Source: an uncultured Clostridia bacterium
Lineage (GTDB): Bacteria > Bacillota > Clostridia > Christensenellales > UBA1242
Assembly: GCA_944377435.1 (NCBI GenBank)
Contig: CALWEY010000052.1
Span: 1 to 55,107, forward strand
DNA: 55,107 nt
Reading direction: 5' to 3'
Part shown: piece by piece, positions 45,365-55,107 of the stretch
How the letters are laid out: every line of letters begins with the position of its first letter
Position numbering within the stretch: the stretch's first letter is position 1
Notes under the pieces: generated by a model
Databases searched by the model: none
Told to the model about the DNA's origin: nothing
The model's input: the letters and a program-made list of their open reading frames with translations, nothing else
Made by a program: the position numbers and the translations under genes

Positions 45365-45943
45365 ATGAGTAAAAGAATTAGACTTGTGTTAAGTATTTGT
45401 ATTTTGGCATTGTGTTTAAGTACACTTACTTTTGGTGTGCTTGCTGCAGTGCAAAAAAACAATCAAATAAAAGGCGAAATTGGGTTTAGTGCCGATAACT
45501 GTAATGTGTCTATTTCAGCATCTATAAGTGGTGCTGTAAAAGAAGATGGCAGTGCAAACAATGCAAATTTAGCAACAACAACAGTAACAGATAATCTTGC
45601 TTGGCAAATAAATGATGTTTTGTGCTTTGATGAAAAAAACTATCCAACAATTCCAGATATTGTAATAACATTTGTTGTAACAAACAACTCTTCAACAGTA
45701 GCTGTTAAAGTAACAGCCTCTCTTGGTTCTGCAATACCAACAGATCATGTAAGTGCAACATTTGCAAGTACTGTTGGAACATGGTCAAATACAGACGGTA
45801 TAACTCTTGGCAAAAAGGGTGGCACAGAAGCAAGTAGTGCAACAATCACTTTAACAATTCATTTAACCGATAAAGTAAATACACTTCCTGCAACACAAGG
45901 AAGATTGGTAAGTTTTAAGTTTGAAACTCCAACAAATTCATAA
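45365..45943 (+). CDS. Secreted protein of unknown function (192 aa)
   Basis: N-terminal signal peptide (MSKRIRLVLSICILALCLSTLTFGVLAAV). The mature part is Ser/Thr/Asn-rich and looks beta-rich. SD GAGGAAG. Confidence 0.6.
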   Translation: MSKRIRLVLSICILALCLSTLTFGVLAAVQKNNQIKGEIGFSADNCNVSISASISGAVKEDGSANNANLATTTVTDNLAWQINDVLCFDEKNYPTIPDIVITFVVTNNSSTVAVKVTASLGSAIPTDHVSATFASTVGTWSNTDGITLGKKGGTEASSATITLTIHLTDKVNTLPATQGRLVSFKFETPTNS

Positions 45944-45964
45944 ATTTTTAAATTGTTTAAATAC

Positions 45965-45994
45965 AAGTACGGCAATGTTTTGCTGTACTTTTTT
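45965..45994 (+). terminator. Intrinsic terminator after the secreted protein gene
   Basis: AGTACGGCAA-tgtt-TTGCTGTACT followed by T6. Confidence 0.7.
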
Positions 45995-46032
45995 ATTTGC
46001 TAAAAAACACCTTGTTTGTTATTATATAGTAA

Positions 46033-49000
46033 ATGGCTGTAAAGATTATTGTAGGACAAAAATTAAATTGTGTTAGTGAAGAGGTTATTAGGTCTATTGA
46101 CGAAAATAGGCAAGATTTTTCGTGTGATAATATTGTTATAGTTCCTGATAGATTTTCAATGGTTGCCGAAAAACTTATTTTTGAAATTTTAAATATAAAG
46201 GCAACATTCAATATTCATGTAATGGGAATAAATAAACTTGCAAAAAAAATTATTGATGATGCTTTGCTTAATTGCGTTTATGTTGATAGTGTTGAAAGTA
46301 CTTTTATTTTGTATAGGGCAATTCAAAAAGCAAAAAACAATTTTTTATGTTTTTCAAAAAATATAAGTCAAGGGCTTTTAGAAAAAATAAAAAATGCACT
46401 TTCACTAATTAGGTCAAGTGATGTAACAGTTAATGATTTAAGACAAAACTTAAATTTTGTTGATGAAAATCAAAAATCAAAGATGCAGGATATTTTGTCT
46501 GTTTATGAAGAATATGAAAAACTTTTAGATGGAAAATTAGACGCAACAACTGTATTAAAAACTTTTAATGCTTTAATTGATACATCATTACAACTAAAAA
46601 ACACAAATATATATTTTTGTGGTTTTGATAGTTTTACAAAACAAGGATATGAAATAATTAAAAAAATATCAAAATGTTGTAAAAATTTAATTGTGGGAGT
46701 TTTGCACTCTTCTAATAATTCAAATGCAAATATATTTGACAACGAAATGTATGATGAACTTACATCATTTTTTAATGATAATAAAATTGAATTTACTGTA
46801 ACAAACATAAAACAAAATTTATCTTATGAACAAGATTTAATATTTAAAAATGTTTTTGGTTATAACATACAGAAAAAACAAAATTTCAACTATGCAAAAG
46901 TGGTAGAAATGCCATCTAAGCAAGATGAAATTGAAAATGTTGCAAAGCGTATTTGTTATTTAGTAAAAAATAAACAATGCAAATTTAGTGATATAAATAT
47001 AGCCACAAACAGCAGTTATTTTGATGATATAGAAAACATTTTTAACGAATATAACATTTCTTATTATATTGATAAAAACACAAATTTTTTACAAATACCT
47101 CTAACAAATTTTATAAAATATGCCTTTGATGTTTGCCTAGAAAATTATAGTCAAGAAAGCATAATCAATTTTTTAAGTAATTATTTTTGCAATATAGAAA
47201 AACTTGAAAAAGACAATATAGAAAATTTTATATTAGAAAATAACATTGAATATAAAAAGTTTAATAAACTAATGGAAAATTATCCATTGTTGCAATTAAA
47301 TAAACTTCAAGACTTTGTAAATCAACTAAAAAGCGAGGGTACAGTTTCTTATTATATCGAACAAGTTAAAAATCTTTTAGAAAGTTTTGAAATTCCTAGT
47401 CAGATAGAAAATCTATGTGAAGAATTTAACAAAAACAATGATTTAAAAAATGAAAAAATATATGTTCAAGTGTGGGATAAAATAACATCTTTAAATGAGA
47501 AATTTATAAACATATTAAATGACGAACCAATAAATGTAACAGATTTTTATGAACTTTACTTAAATGCATTAGGAAATATAAACATTTCGCAAATACCGTT
47601 AAATTTAGATTGTGTTTATGTTGGCGATAGTTCTTCAAGCTTTTTTGAAACAAAAAACTATATGTTTGTCCTTGGAGCAAATCAAGATGTTCTACCAATA
47701 ACAATAAAAGATTTAGGGCTTATAAGCGACAAGGAAATAGAAAATTTGTCACAAAAATTAAAAATATCTCCAACAGTAAAAATGATAAATAGACGAAATA
47801 GATTTAAACTTTTTGATATTTTAAGCGATGCTAAACAAAATTTATTTGTTTATTATCGTTTAACAGATGATGATGGACAAAAAATGTTGCCGGCAAAATT
47901 TGTTACAGATATTTTAAGGTTGGGTGCAAACAAATTTAATATAGCATATTTTGAAGAAAATTTTGCCGATGATAATGTTTTAGAAAAAATAAAATTCAAT
48001 AATCCATATACATTTGTGGCACTTAAAAATATCTCAAAAAACAGTGCCATAAGTCCCGTTTTAAAAACTGCCTTGCAAAAATTGGGTGAGTTTAAAGAAT
48101 TTAATTTTGTAAACAAAGAAAAAGTTATATCTGGTAAAGATATGTTAAACTTTAATAAAACAAAAATAAGTCAAATAGAAAGTTACTATGAATGTCCGTT
48201 TAAGCACTTTGCAAGATATGGAATAAAACTTGTAGAAAAAAAGGACGGAGCAATTAAACCAAATGATTTTGGTAATTTTTTGCACGAATTTTGTAAATAT
48301 TTTGTTGATTATATAAAAGAAAATAAAATTGAAAAAGACAACCAAGTATCAAGTGTTGTAGATAAAGTTTTCAACAAACTTTTAAACAAAACGGAGTATT
48401 CATATTTTAACGATAAAGAGAATTTATACACAAAAGAAATTTTGTACAATGAAGTTAAAAGATTTGCTGTTTTTGTAAGCTACGAACAAAAAATAAGCAA
48501 TTTTAAAATTTTTAAAACAGAATTTAAATTTGGCGACAAATTAGACGATTTAAGTGTTTATGTAGATAATGAAAAATATAGTATAGTTGGAATTGTTGAT
48601 AGAATAGATATGTGTGATGATAATTTTAGAATAATAGACTATAAAACAGGTTCACTAGCAAGTTCAAATGCTAAAATTGAAAACTTATATAATGGTACAA
48701 AAATTCAGGTTTATGTTTATTTAAAAGCCATAGCCAACAAATTTAATCTTAAACCTTTTGGTGCATTTTATTTGCCAATAAACAACTCATATTTAGATAC
48801 AAAACAAGATGAGTACAAAATGCAAGGTTATTTTATTGATGATATAAACTTAATTGAAAAAGCCGATACTTCGCTAAGTTTTGAAAACAATAAAAGTAAA
48901 TTGTTTGAAGTGCAGTATTCCCTAAACAAAAAATATGTTCAAGACAACATTAAAAAACTTGTATATAGTAAAAATGTTACAAAAGAAGAAATGCACGCAA

Positions 49001-49200
49001 TGGTTGAATATTCAATAAAGATTGTTGAACAGGCAATAAAAGAAATATTAGATGGGAATACGCAAATTTCACCAATAGAAGATAGTTGTAAATTCTGTGA
49101 ATATAAATCTATTTGCGGGGTTGACGAAAGTGGAAAAGTAGCACGACAAATAGATGCTAAAATAAGTCCTAAAACATTTTTGGGAGAAAACAATGAGTAA
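46033..49200 (+). CDS. addB: ATP-dependent helicase/deoxyribonuclease subunit B
   Basis: 1055 aa, immediately upstream of and overlapping addA. It has a C-terminal RecB-type nuclease with Fe-S cysteines (YYECPFKHF ... CKFCEYKSIC) and the nuclease motif IVDRIDM...IIDYKTG. Confidence 0.9.
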   Translation: MAVKIIVGQKLNCVSEEVIRSIDENRQDFSCDNIVIVPDRFSMVAEKLIFEILNIKATFNIHVMGINKLAKKIIDDALLNCVYVDSVESTFILYRAIQKAKNNFLCFSKNISQGLLEKIKNALSLIRSSDVTVNDLRQNLNFVDENQKSKMQDILSVYEEYEKLLDGKLDATTVLKTFNALIDTSLQLKNTNIYFCGFDSFTKQGYEIIKKISKCCKNLIVGVLHSSNNSNANIFDNEMYDELTSFFNDNKIEFTVTNIKQNLSYEQDLIFKNVFGYNIQKKQNFNYAKVVEMPSKQDEIENVAKRICYLVKNKQCKFSDINIATNSSYFDDIENIFNEYNISYYIDKNTNFLQIPLTNFIKYAFDVCLENYSQESIINFLSNYFCNIEKLEKDNIENFILENNIEYKKFNKLMENYPLLQLNKLQDFVNQLKSEGTVSYYIEQVKNLLESFEIPSQIENLCEEFNKNNDLKNEKIYVQVWDKITSLNEKFINILNDEPINVTDFYELYLNALGNINISQIPLNLDCVYVGDSSSSFFETKNYMFVLGANQDVLPITIKDLGLISDKEIENLSQKLKISPTVKMINRRNRFKLFDILSDAKQNLFVYYRLTDDDGQKMLPAKFVTDILRLGANKFNIAYFEENFADDNVLEKIKFNNPYTFVALKNISKNSAISPVLKTALQKLGEFKEFNFVNKEKVISGKDMLNFNKTKISQIESYYECPFKHFARYGIKLVEKKDGAIKPNDFGNFLHEFCKYFVDYIKENKIEKDNQVSSVVDKVFNKLLNKTEYSYFNDKENLYTKEILYNEVKRFAVFVSYEQKISNFKIFKTEFKFGDKLDDLSVYVDNEKYSIVGIVDRIDMCDDNFRIIDYKTGSLASSNAKIENLYNGTKIQVYVYLKAIANKFNLKPFGAFYLPINNSYLDTKQDEYKMQGYFIDDINLIEKADTSLSFENNKSKLFEVQYSLNKKYVQDNIKKLVYSKNVTKEEMHAMVEYSIKIVEQAIKEILDGNTQISPIEDSCKFCEYKSICGVDESGKVARQIDAKISPKTFLGENNE

Positions 49201-52200
49201 GGAAGTTTTTGAAAAGATACAAGAGCAGGAAGATGTTCTTTCTTCCTACAATAAAAATATTGTTGTTTCAGCTTCTGCGGGAAGCGGAAAAACTTCTGTC
49301 ATGATTAGAAAAATTGTAGATTTAATATTAAACAAAGGTGTACATGTAAAAGAACTTTTAGTGTTAACATATACAAACGCAGCTGCAAGTGAAATGAAAC
49401 AAAAACTTATAGATTACATGAGTGAGCAGGCACAAAATAACAAACAACTTTTAGACGAAATGGAAGATGTAAGTCTTGCAGATATTTCAACAGTTGATAG
49501 TTTTTGTCAAAAAATTGTAAAAAGATATTTTTATGCTATAGATATTGATCCCGGATTTAACATTATTCAAGGAAGTTTGCAAAAACAAATTCAATTAAAG
49601 GCATTAAAAAAAGCACTTGATATATACAAAGAAAAAAACAGTGAAAAATATTTCAATTTGTTTGATATTTACGCAAAAAACAGAACAGACAAAAACATTA
49701 TAAACTTAATTATGAAATTGTATGACTATTCCTGTTCCATTTTAAATTATGAGGGATGGAAAAGTAAATCACTGGAATTATTCAAAAATCAACAAGCAGG
49801 CACAATACTTTACAACAAGTATGTTCAAATAATAGATTCAATTTATAATAAATTTAATAAATTTTTAAACCAATCATCTCAATTGGAGTTTAAAAAATAT
49901 TGTGAACAGTTAAATCAAAACCTTTCACAAATAGAATTGTTAAAAAAAGCCAAAGATTTTGCCGATTTAATAGAAGTTGCACAAAATATAGAATTAAAAT
50001 CTGTGCCACAAAAAGAAGATAGAGATGTTGGGTTGCAACCAAAAATAAAACAAACAAAAGAATATTTAACGGATGTGTTAAACGAAATAAAAAGATACGA
50101 GAGTAAAAAAATATATTTAAATTCTATTGAAGCGTGCGAATATACAACACATACAATTTTTGAAATATGCGATATATTTATAAAAGAGTACAACAAAATA
50201 AAAAAACAAAAAAATGTTTATGATTATAATGATATTGAAAGGTTAACAATTAAACTTTTTGAAAATGAAGATATATTAAACACGGTTAAAAGTTCTTATA
50301 AAAATATTTTTATAGATGAATTTCAAGACGCAAATCTGGTGCAAGAAAAAATAATAACAAGTTTAAAAAACGGAAATAATTTGTTTTTTGTTGGCGATTT
50401 AAAACAAGCTATTTATGGGTTTAGACAATCCAACTCTAAAATATTTGAACGAATTTGCAAAGATTTCGACCAGGACGCAAAAACCAATGGCAATTCGCAA
50501 GCTTTATACTTAAATTGCAATTTTAGAACAACTTCTAAAATACTGTTGTTTATAAATCAAATATTTTCTGTTATTATGACAGAAAATACGGCGGGATTAA
50601 ACTATAAAGATAAAGCAAAATTAGTCCCAAAAGCAAAATATCAAAACGAAAAAACTCCATGTGTAGAACTAAATATTTTATATAAAGATGAAAAAGAAGA
50701 AAGGGAATTGCCCGAAGTTTATAGCGTTTTAAATCAAAACAATAACCAAGATGTGAAAGATGGCGTAATTGAAGCAAACTTTGTTGCAGAAAAAATTACA
50801 AGTTTATTAAATGAAGAAATATTCGATATAAAATTGGGAAAATATCGCAAAGTTAAATATAGCGATATTGCAGTTTTGTTTAGGAAAAGGACAACTCAAA
50901 ACGATTTCGTTTCCGCATTAAATGAGTTTAATATTCCAACGCAAGAAAATTCTAACAAAGATTTAGAGCAAACTTATGATGTTATGGTTTTAATAAACTT
51001 ATTAAAAATTGCCTCTAATTTTAATGATGATTATTCTCTTGCAAGTGTAATGATGTCCGATATTTTTTGTTTTGATGTTGATGAAATGCTTGAAATAAGA
51101 AATAATGGTAATTATAAATATTTCTATGAGTGTGTAAAAAACTACAATAAAAATGACGAAATAACACAAAAAATTTGTAAAATGATGCAAATTTTAAGTA
51201 ATTTTACAAATATTTTAACATTTAGCGGAATAAATAAAGCACTTTTATATGTTGTTAAAGAACAAAATTATGAATATAAATTGTCTAATTATTTAAACGG
51301 GTATGCACGAATAAAAAATGTAAAAGACTATATAAATTCTTTCAATAATTCAAACTTTAATTTTAGTGTAAGTGAATATCTAAACTTTTTAAAACAAAGT
51401 ACTCGTGAGCAAAAAGTTGCATCTGGAGTTGTAAGTCAAGATGTTGTAACTTTAACAACAATGCATGCAAGCAAGGGGCTTGAATGGCCAATTGTTATAA
51501 TTCCAAATTTAAATTCAAACTTTAACAGAGCACCAAACGAAAGTGAAATTGCATTAAATGAAGAACTAGGTGTGGGAGTTAAATATTATGATAGAACTTT
51601 AAGGAAAAAACACGAGAGTGTGTTTTATGATTTAGTAAAAAATCAAAATAAAGAAAGTGAGTTTAGCGAAAAAATAAGATTGTTGTATGTGGCACTAACA
51701 AGAGCAAAAAACAAACTTATATTAGTTGGAACAAAAGAAAAATTAAACTTTTATAAATACGAAGATGAAAGACAAATAAAATCATCGCAATCATATTTAG
51801 ATTTTATAGTTAATTCGTTTGGAGAAGAAGATATACAAAAAATATTAAATAAACAAAGTTTTAATATATATAACGATGAACAATATTTATGCAACATGTT
51901 AAATGGAAATTGTTATATTACAAACTCAGAAAGCAAAAATGTAAACATCTTTAAAACTAATCTTGATGAGCGCAATGTTAAAGAGTTAGAAGAATATATA
52001 AGAGAAGATTATTTTAACAGAGAAGCAACAAAAAAGGCACAAAAGAATTCTGTTTCAAAAATTATGCAAGAAGATGGTTATTCAAGTTATAATACTGCAC
52101 CTAAAAATTTGGATATAGCAGAACATTTAAACGACATTGATAAAAATGAAATTGGTTCTGCCTATCATAAGGTTTTAGAAATGATAGATTTTAATTCAAG

Positions 52201-52633
52201 TTGTGGCGCTTATAATATAAAAGAAATTATAAATAATCTGGAAAAGGAACAATTATTCAAAAAAGAAGTTTTAAACTTACTTGATGTCAATTTAATACAA
52301 AAAAATGTAGAACTGTTATCCAAAATGTCAAATGGTAACATTGTTTTAAAAGAACACAGTTTTATAATGCAGTTGCCTTATAATGAAGTTCAACAAAGTT
52401 CTGTTGATGATAAAATTTTAATTCAAGGAATATGCGATCTCATTATTATAAAAGAAAATAGTGCTGTATTAGTGGATTATAAATACAGTGATTTAAGCGA
52501 ACAAAATCTTTTAAATAAATATAACAAACAAATATCGCTCTATAAAAAAGCAATAGAGTATGGTTTAAATAAAAAAGTAGAAAGTGCTTTCATATTAAGT
52601 ATAAAGAAAGCTAAACTTTTAGAGTGCAAATAG
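49193..52633 (+). CDS. addA: ATP-dependent helicase/nuclease subunit A
   Basis: UvrD-type helicase motifs (ASAGSGKTS, FIDEFQDAN, FFVGDLKQAIYGFR, TMHASKGLEWP, LLYVALTRAK) and a C-terminal RecB nuclease (GICDLIIIK...VDYKYS). Confidence 0.9.
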   Translation: MSKEVFEKIQEQEDVLSSYNKNIVVSASAGSGKTSVMIRKIVDLILNKGVHVKELLVLTYTNAAASEMKQKLIDYMSEQAQNNKQLLDEMEDVSLADISTVDSFCQKIVKRYFYAIDIDPGFNIIQGSLQKQIQLKALKKALDIYKEKNSEKYFNLFDIYAKNRTDKNIINLIMKLYDYSCSILNYEGWKSKSLELFKNQQAGTILYNKYVQIIDSIYNKFNKFLNQSSQLEFKKYCEQLNQNLSQIELLKKAKDFADLIEVAQNIELKSVPQKEDRDVGLQPKIKQTKEYLTDVLNEIKRYESKKIYLNSIEACEYTTHTIFEICDIFIKEYNKIKKQKNVYDYNDIERLTIKLFENEDILNTVKSSYKNIFIDEFQDANLVQEKIITSLKNGNNLFFVGDLKQAIYGFRQSNSKIFERICKDFDQDAKTNGNSQALYLNCNFRTTSKILLFINQIFSVIMTENTAGLNYKDKAKLVPKAKYQNEKTPCVELNILYKDEKEERELPEVYSVLNQNNNQDVKDGVIEANFVAEKITSLLNEEIFDIKLGKYRKVKYSDIAVLFRKRTTQNDFVSALNEFNIPTQENSNKDLEQTYDVMVLINLLKIASNFNDDYSLASVMMSDIFCFDVDEMLEIRNNGNYKYFYECVKNYNKNDEITQKICKMMQILSNFTNILTFSGINKALLYVVKEQNYEYKLSNYLNGYARIKNVKDYINSFNNSNFNFSVSEYLNFLKQSTREQKVASGVVSQDVVTLTTMHASKGLEWPIVIIPNLNSNFNRAPNESEIALNEELGVGVKYYDRTLRKKHESVFYDLVKNQNKESEFSEKIRLLYVALTRAKNKLILVGTKEKLNFYKYEDERQIKSSQSYLDFIVNSFGEEDIQKILNKQSFNIYNDEQYLCNMLNGNCYITNSESKNVNIFKTNLDERNVKELEEYIREDYFNREATKKAQKNSVSKIMQEDGYSSYNTAPKNLDIAEHLNDIDKNEIGSAYHKVLEMIDFNSSCGAYNIKEIINNLEKEQLFKKEVLNLLDVNLIQKNVELLSKMSNGNIVLKEHSFIMQLPYNEVQQSSVDDKILIQGICDLIIIKENSAVLVDYKYSDLSEQNLLNKYNKQISLYKKAIEYGLNKKVESAFILSIKKAKLLECK

Positions 52634-52655
52634 CGTTATGCTTTTGCACTTTTTT
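52623..52655 (+). terminator. Intrinsic terminator after addA
   Basis: AGTGCAAA-12 nt loop (contains the TAG stop)-TTTGCACT followed by T5. Confidence 0.7.
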
Positions 52656-52688
52656 ATTGTAGTTTTTTAATATAAATAAATAATGTGT

Positions 52689-52779
52689 AAAAAAATAAAA
52701 AATAATTTAAAAAAAATATTAAAAAAAATAAAAAAAATATTTAAAAATATTAGTTAAAAAAATATTATTGTGATATACT
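52689..52779 (+). promoter_or_regulatory. Phased A-tract (UP-element-like) region ending in the extended -10 TGA-TATACT
   Basis: A-tracts of 5-8 nt begin at 52689, 52697, 52709, 52721, 52730, 52743 and 52756 (average spacing about 11 bp). TGATATACT lies at 52771-52779. The -35 hexamer is poor. Confidence 0.45.
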
Positions 52780-52824
52780 ACACTCGAAAAATGTATAAAA
52801 AAGGGGAAGGTTAATATGCTTTTA

Positions 52825-55107
52825 GGTGTTATTGAAAATATTTCTGATTTCATTTATCAAATAACAACAAACGGACTTACATCCGACCTTATCTTCTACA
52901 TTGGCTTAGGCTTTATCATTTTTATGGTTTTATTTTTCATGATAAAATCACGCTATGCCTATGAAGGAAGATTGGAAAGGTCACTTGAAAAAATAAATAG
53001 GTGGTTGTTTGTTCATCAACAAATTGATGAGTCGAACTTGGTCGAATTTAATAATATGATCAAAAAAACTCCAAGATTATTAAGATATCATTGGCAACAA
53101 TATATGCTCTATCGTGAGCACGAACCAAGTTTTTACATGAGTATGTATAATTGCATTGAAAAACCATTACATACAAGTTCATATAACTCAAACATTAAAA
53201 ACTTTATAGGAATTTGTGGTGCAACAATGCTTGTTACTTTTGTTTTGTCGCTTTTAAGTTATGGCAATTCACCACTTACAATCGAAAGTTTTGCAAACTC
53301 ACTTATAACTCCATTAGTGATAATGATTCTTAGCGTGTTATTTTTAATTTTACTTAGATCAATGCAAAACTTTAATTTGTCTAGTTTATATCAAAACTTT
53401 CATTTGTTTAATAGATATATTGACAAAGCTTCAACAACAATTCCAAAATATGTAGATTTTGAAATTTTATTCACAAGAAAAGAAATTCGTGGAGGAATAC
53501 CTGTTCTTAATGAATACCTTGAAAAGAGAGCTCGCCAAGAAGCTGAAGAACTTGAAAAGGCTCGTCAAAATGCAGTAGAACACGAAGTATACAATTTTGA
53601 AAGCACAGGAATTGATGGTTCGCTTATATTGGATAGAGCCATGAAAGAGTCAGAAATATTCTTAAACACTCGTCAAAGACTATTAACTCAAATTCAACAA
53701 TTTGAATCTGAAATAGATTCTTTAAAGAGAAATTACGAAAATGTTTCTAAAGACTACCAAAGAAAACTCCAAGCAAGTAAAGAAAATATAGAAAGATTAA
53801 GAACACAACAAGAAGAGTCAACAAACCGTATTGAAGTTAACTACATTAAAAAACAACAACAAGATGAAATTAAAAAGCAAGAACAACTTGAAAAAGACCA
53901 AGATGATGCAACACTTAGATACGAACAAGAAACTGCTACACTTAAACAAGAAATTGAAAAATGCAGAGCAGAACTTGAAGAAAAGAAAGAATATGTTACA
54001 AAAGCAATGCTTAGTGAATATGACACATTCTCAACAAAAATTTATAAAGCAATATTAAACGATGTTCAAGAAAAACATAAACAAGAAGTTAATGAACTTG
54101 CAGAGCAAAAAGTAGAAGCTCTTAAAGAACTTGAAAAAGCAAAAGAAATCAACAACATTAAAGATAGTGTTATAAATGATTTAAGAGAACTTATTCATCA
54201 AACAGAAGAAAAACAGAATATCAAACTAGATGCCGAAGAAGAAAAAATAGAAGAACAACTTGAAACCAGTGAAAAAGGTGAAGAAGTTCAAAAACAAGAA
54301 GAAACTGCACAAGAAAATGAGCCAAAAGTAGAAGAAAAACAGGAACCTGTTCAAGAAGATAAACAGCCAGAACAAGAAAAACAAGAAGAAACAGAAACTA
54401 AAGAAGAGTCACAAGAATCTCCACAAGGGTTCTATGATGAAAATGGATACTACTGGTTTGAAAATGGAACATATTATGATGATAAGGGATATTATCATGA
54501 TGAAGATGGTTCTATATATGACCAAGATGGAAACTTCATTCCACAAGAAGAATATGCAAAATTAACAGGCACTTCACAAGAAGAATCAAAGGAAGAAGAA
54601 TCGAAAGAAGATGATAAAGTTAACCTTAAAGATGAAGAAGTGACAGAGCCAAAAGTAGAAGAAAATGAAGAAGGCACAAAATCTAAAGAACCAACTACAG
54701 AAGAAAATGTGGTAAATGTTGCAGAAGAAAACAAAGAAGAATTAAGCAACCAAAACGAAGAGAAAGTTGAAGATGCAACTGTACAAAAGCAAGACGAAAT
54801 TGCTACAGCAGAAGTTCAAGAAGAAAAACCTACTCAAACTCAAATGGCTGATTTTGTAGATTTATTCCCAATCGTTAATGAAGAAGAATCAAACGAAGCA
54901 GAATTAAAAGAAGAAACACAAGAGTCTAAGCCAGATAATGAGGTTTTAAATAATCAACTTGAAATAAAAGATGCAGAGACAAAAAGACGCGGAAGACCAA
55001 GAAAAAACACCGAAAACAATGAAGAACCAAAGGTTGCAAAAAAGCGTGGTCGTCCAAGAAAAACAGAATTGTCTGACGAAGAACCAAAAGTAGCAAAAAA
55101 GCGTGGT
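52825..55107 (+). CDS. Large membrane-anchored coiled-coil protein with an acidic linker, a Tyr/Gly/Asp-rich segment and C-terminal AT-hook repeats. It is 3' truncated by the window and is not in the ORF track.
   Basis: By my reading, frame 1 is open from the TAG at 52822 to the window end (761 codons). It reads ...ITTNGLTSDLIFYIGLGFIIFMVLFFMIKSRY (TM) ... two more TM segments ... EKRARQEAEELEKARQNA coiled coil ... GFYDENGYYWFENGTYYDDKGYYHDEDGSIYDQDGNF ... KRRGRPRK ... KKRGRPRK ... KKRG. The start is ambiguous: GTG 52825, or ATG 52815 with a 1-nt frame change. Confidence 0.75.
54985..55107 (+). repeat. In-frame tandem repeats encoding AT-hook units (EEPKVAKKRGRPRK...), with a 57-nt period for the last two
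   Basis: GAAGAACCAAAGGTTGCAAAAAAGCGTGGT (55021-55050) recurs as GAAGAACCAAAAGTAGCAAAAAAGCGTGGT (55078-55107). An earlier RRGRPRK is at 54985-55005. The array runs off the window. Confidence 0.85.

Noticed and set aside
31953-45943. Prophage or integrative element covering the accessory-looking genes
   Set aside because: I recognised no integrase, recombinase, terminase, capsid, tail or transposase gene, and no flanking tRNA or direct repeats. Housekeeping genes (mscS, nrdDG) interrupt the region.
53831-54749. Short ORFs 53831..54058+, 53841..54026- and 54495..54749-
   Set aside because: They are alternative-frame or antisense readings of the repetitive GAA/AAA-rich coiled-coil and acidic region of the long 52825..55107 gene.
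1-55107. Alternative genetic code (TGA = Trp, Mollicutes-like), suggested by the very low GC
   Set aside because: TGA clearly terminates genes (recR at 31950-31952, and the paralog gene at 33793-33795). Trp is encoded by TGG in conserved motifs. All large housekeeping ORFs are intact under code 11.

Overview
This is an AT-rich chromosomal segment (roughly 30% GC by eye, not computed) of Firmicutes/Clostridia type. It uses the standard genetic code: TGA is used as a stop and Trp is TGG. I support about 50 protein-coding genes and saw no rRNA, tRNA, CRISPR array, transposase or integrase.

Most of the window is housekeeping with Bacillus/Clostridium-like synteny:
- cca-rmuC-pgcA-uvrC, tightly overlapping
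- mrnC-rlmB-sigH, then spoIIE
- glmS, HU and two tandem degV genes
- dnaX-ybaB-recR
- mscS, nrdDG and addBA

Two real genes are missing from the ORF track. One is the 49-aa SCIFF RiPP precursor (14879..15028, minus strand) next to its radical-SAM maturase. The other is a large 3'-truncated gene (52825..55107) for a membrane, coiled-coil, AT-hook protein.

The best candidate for an undescribed system is a self-contained minus-strand operon (33530..36224). It encodes an SbcD/Mre11-like metallophosphoesterase, a catalytically degenerate paralog and a zinc-ribbon protein. It has its own near-consensus promoter and terminator and sits in an accessory insertion between recR and mscS.

Other notable items:
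- dnaX is split at an A10 run, so the tau-like C-terminus lies in the -1 frame.
- A DnaA-box cluster with a 21-bp direct repeat lies upstream of mrnC-rlmB-sigH.
- A Rel/SpoT homolog with an apparently dead synthetase domain is translationally coupled to an XRE-HTH protein.
- A pair of NrdR-like boxes lies upstream of nrdD.
- glmS has no room for, and no trace of, the glmS ribozyme.

All functional calls rest on motif recognition by eye. No database searches were run.
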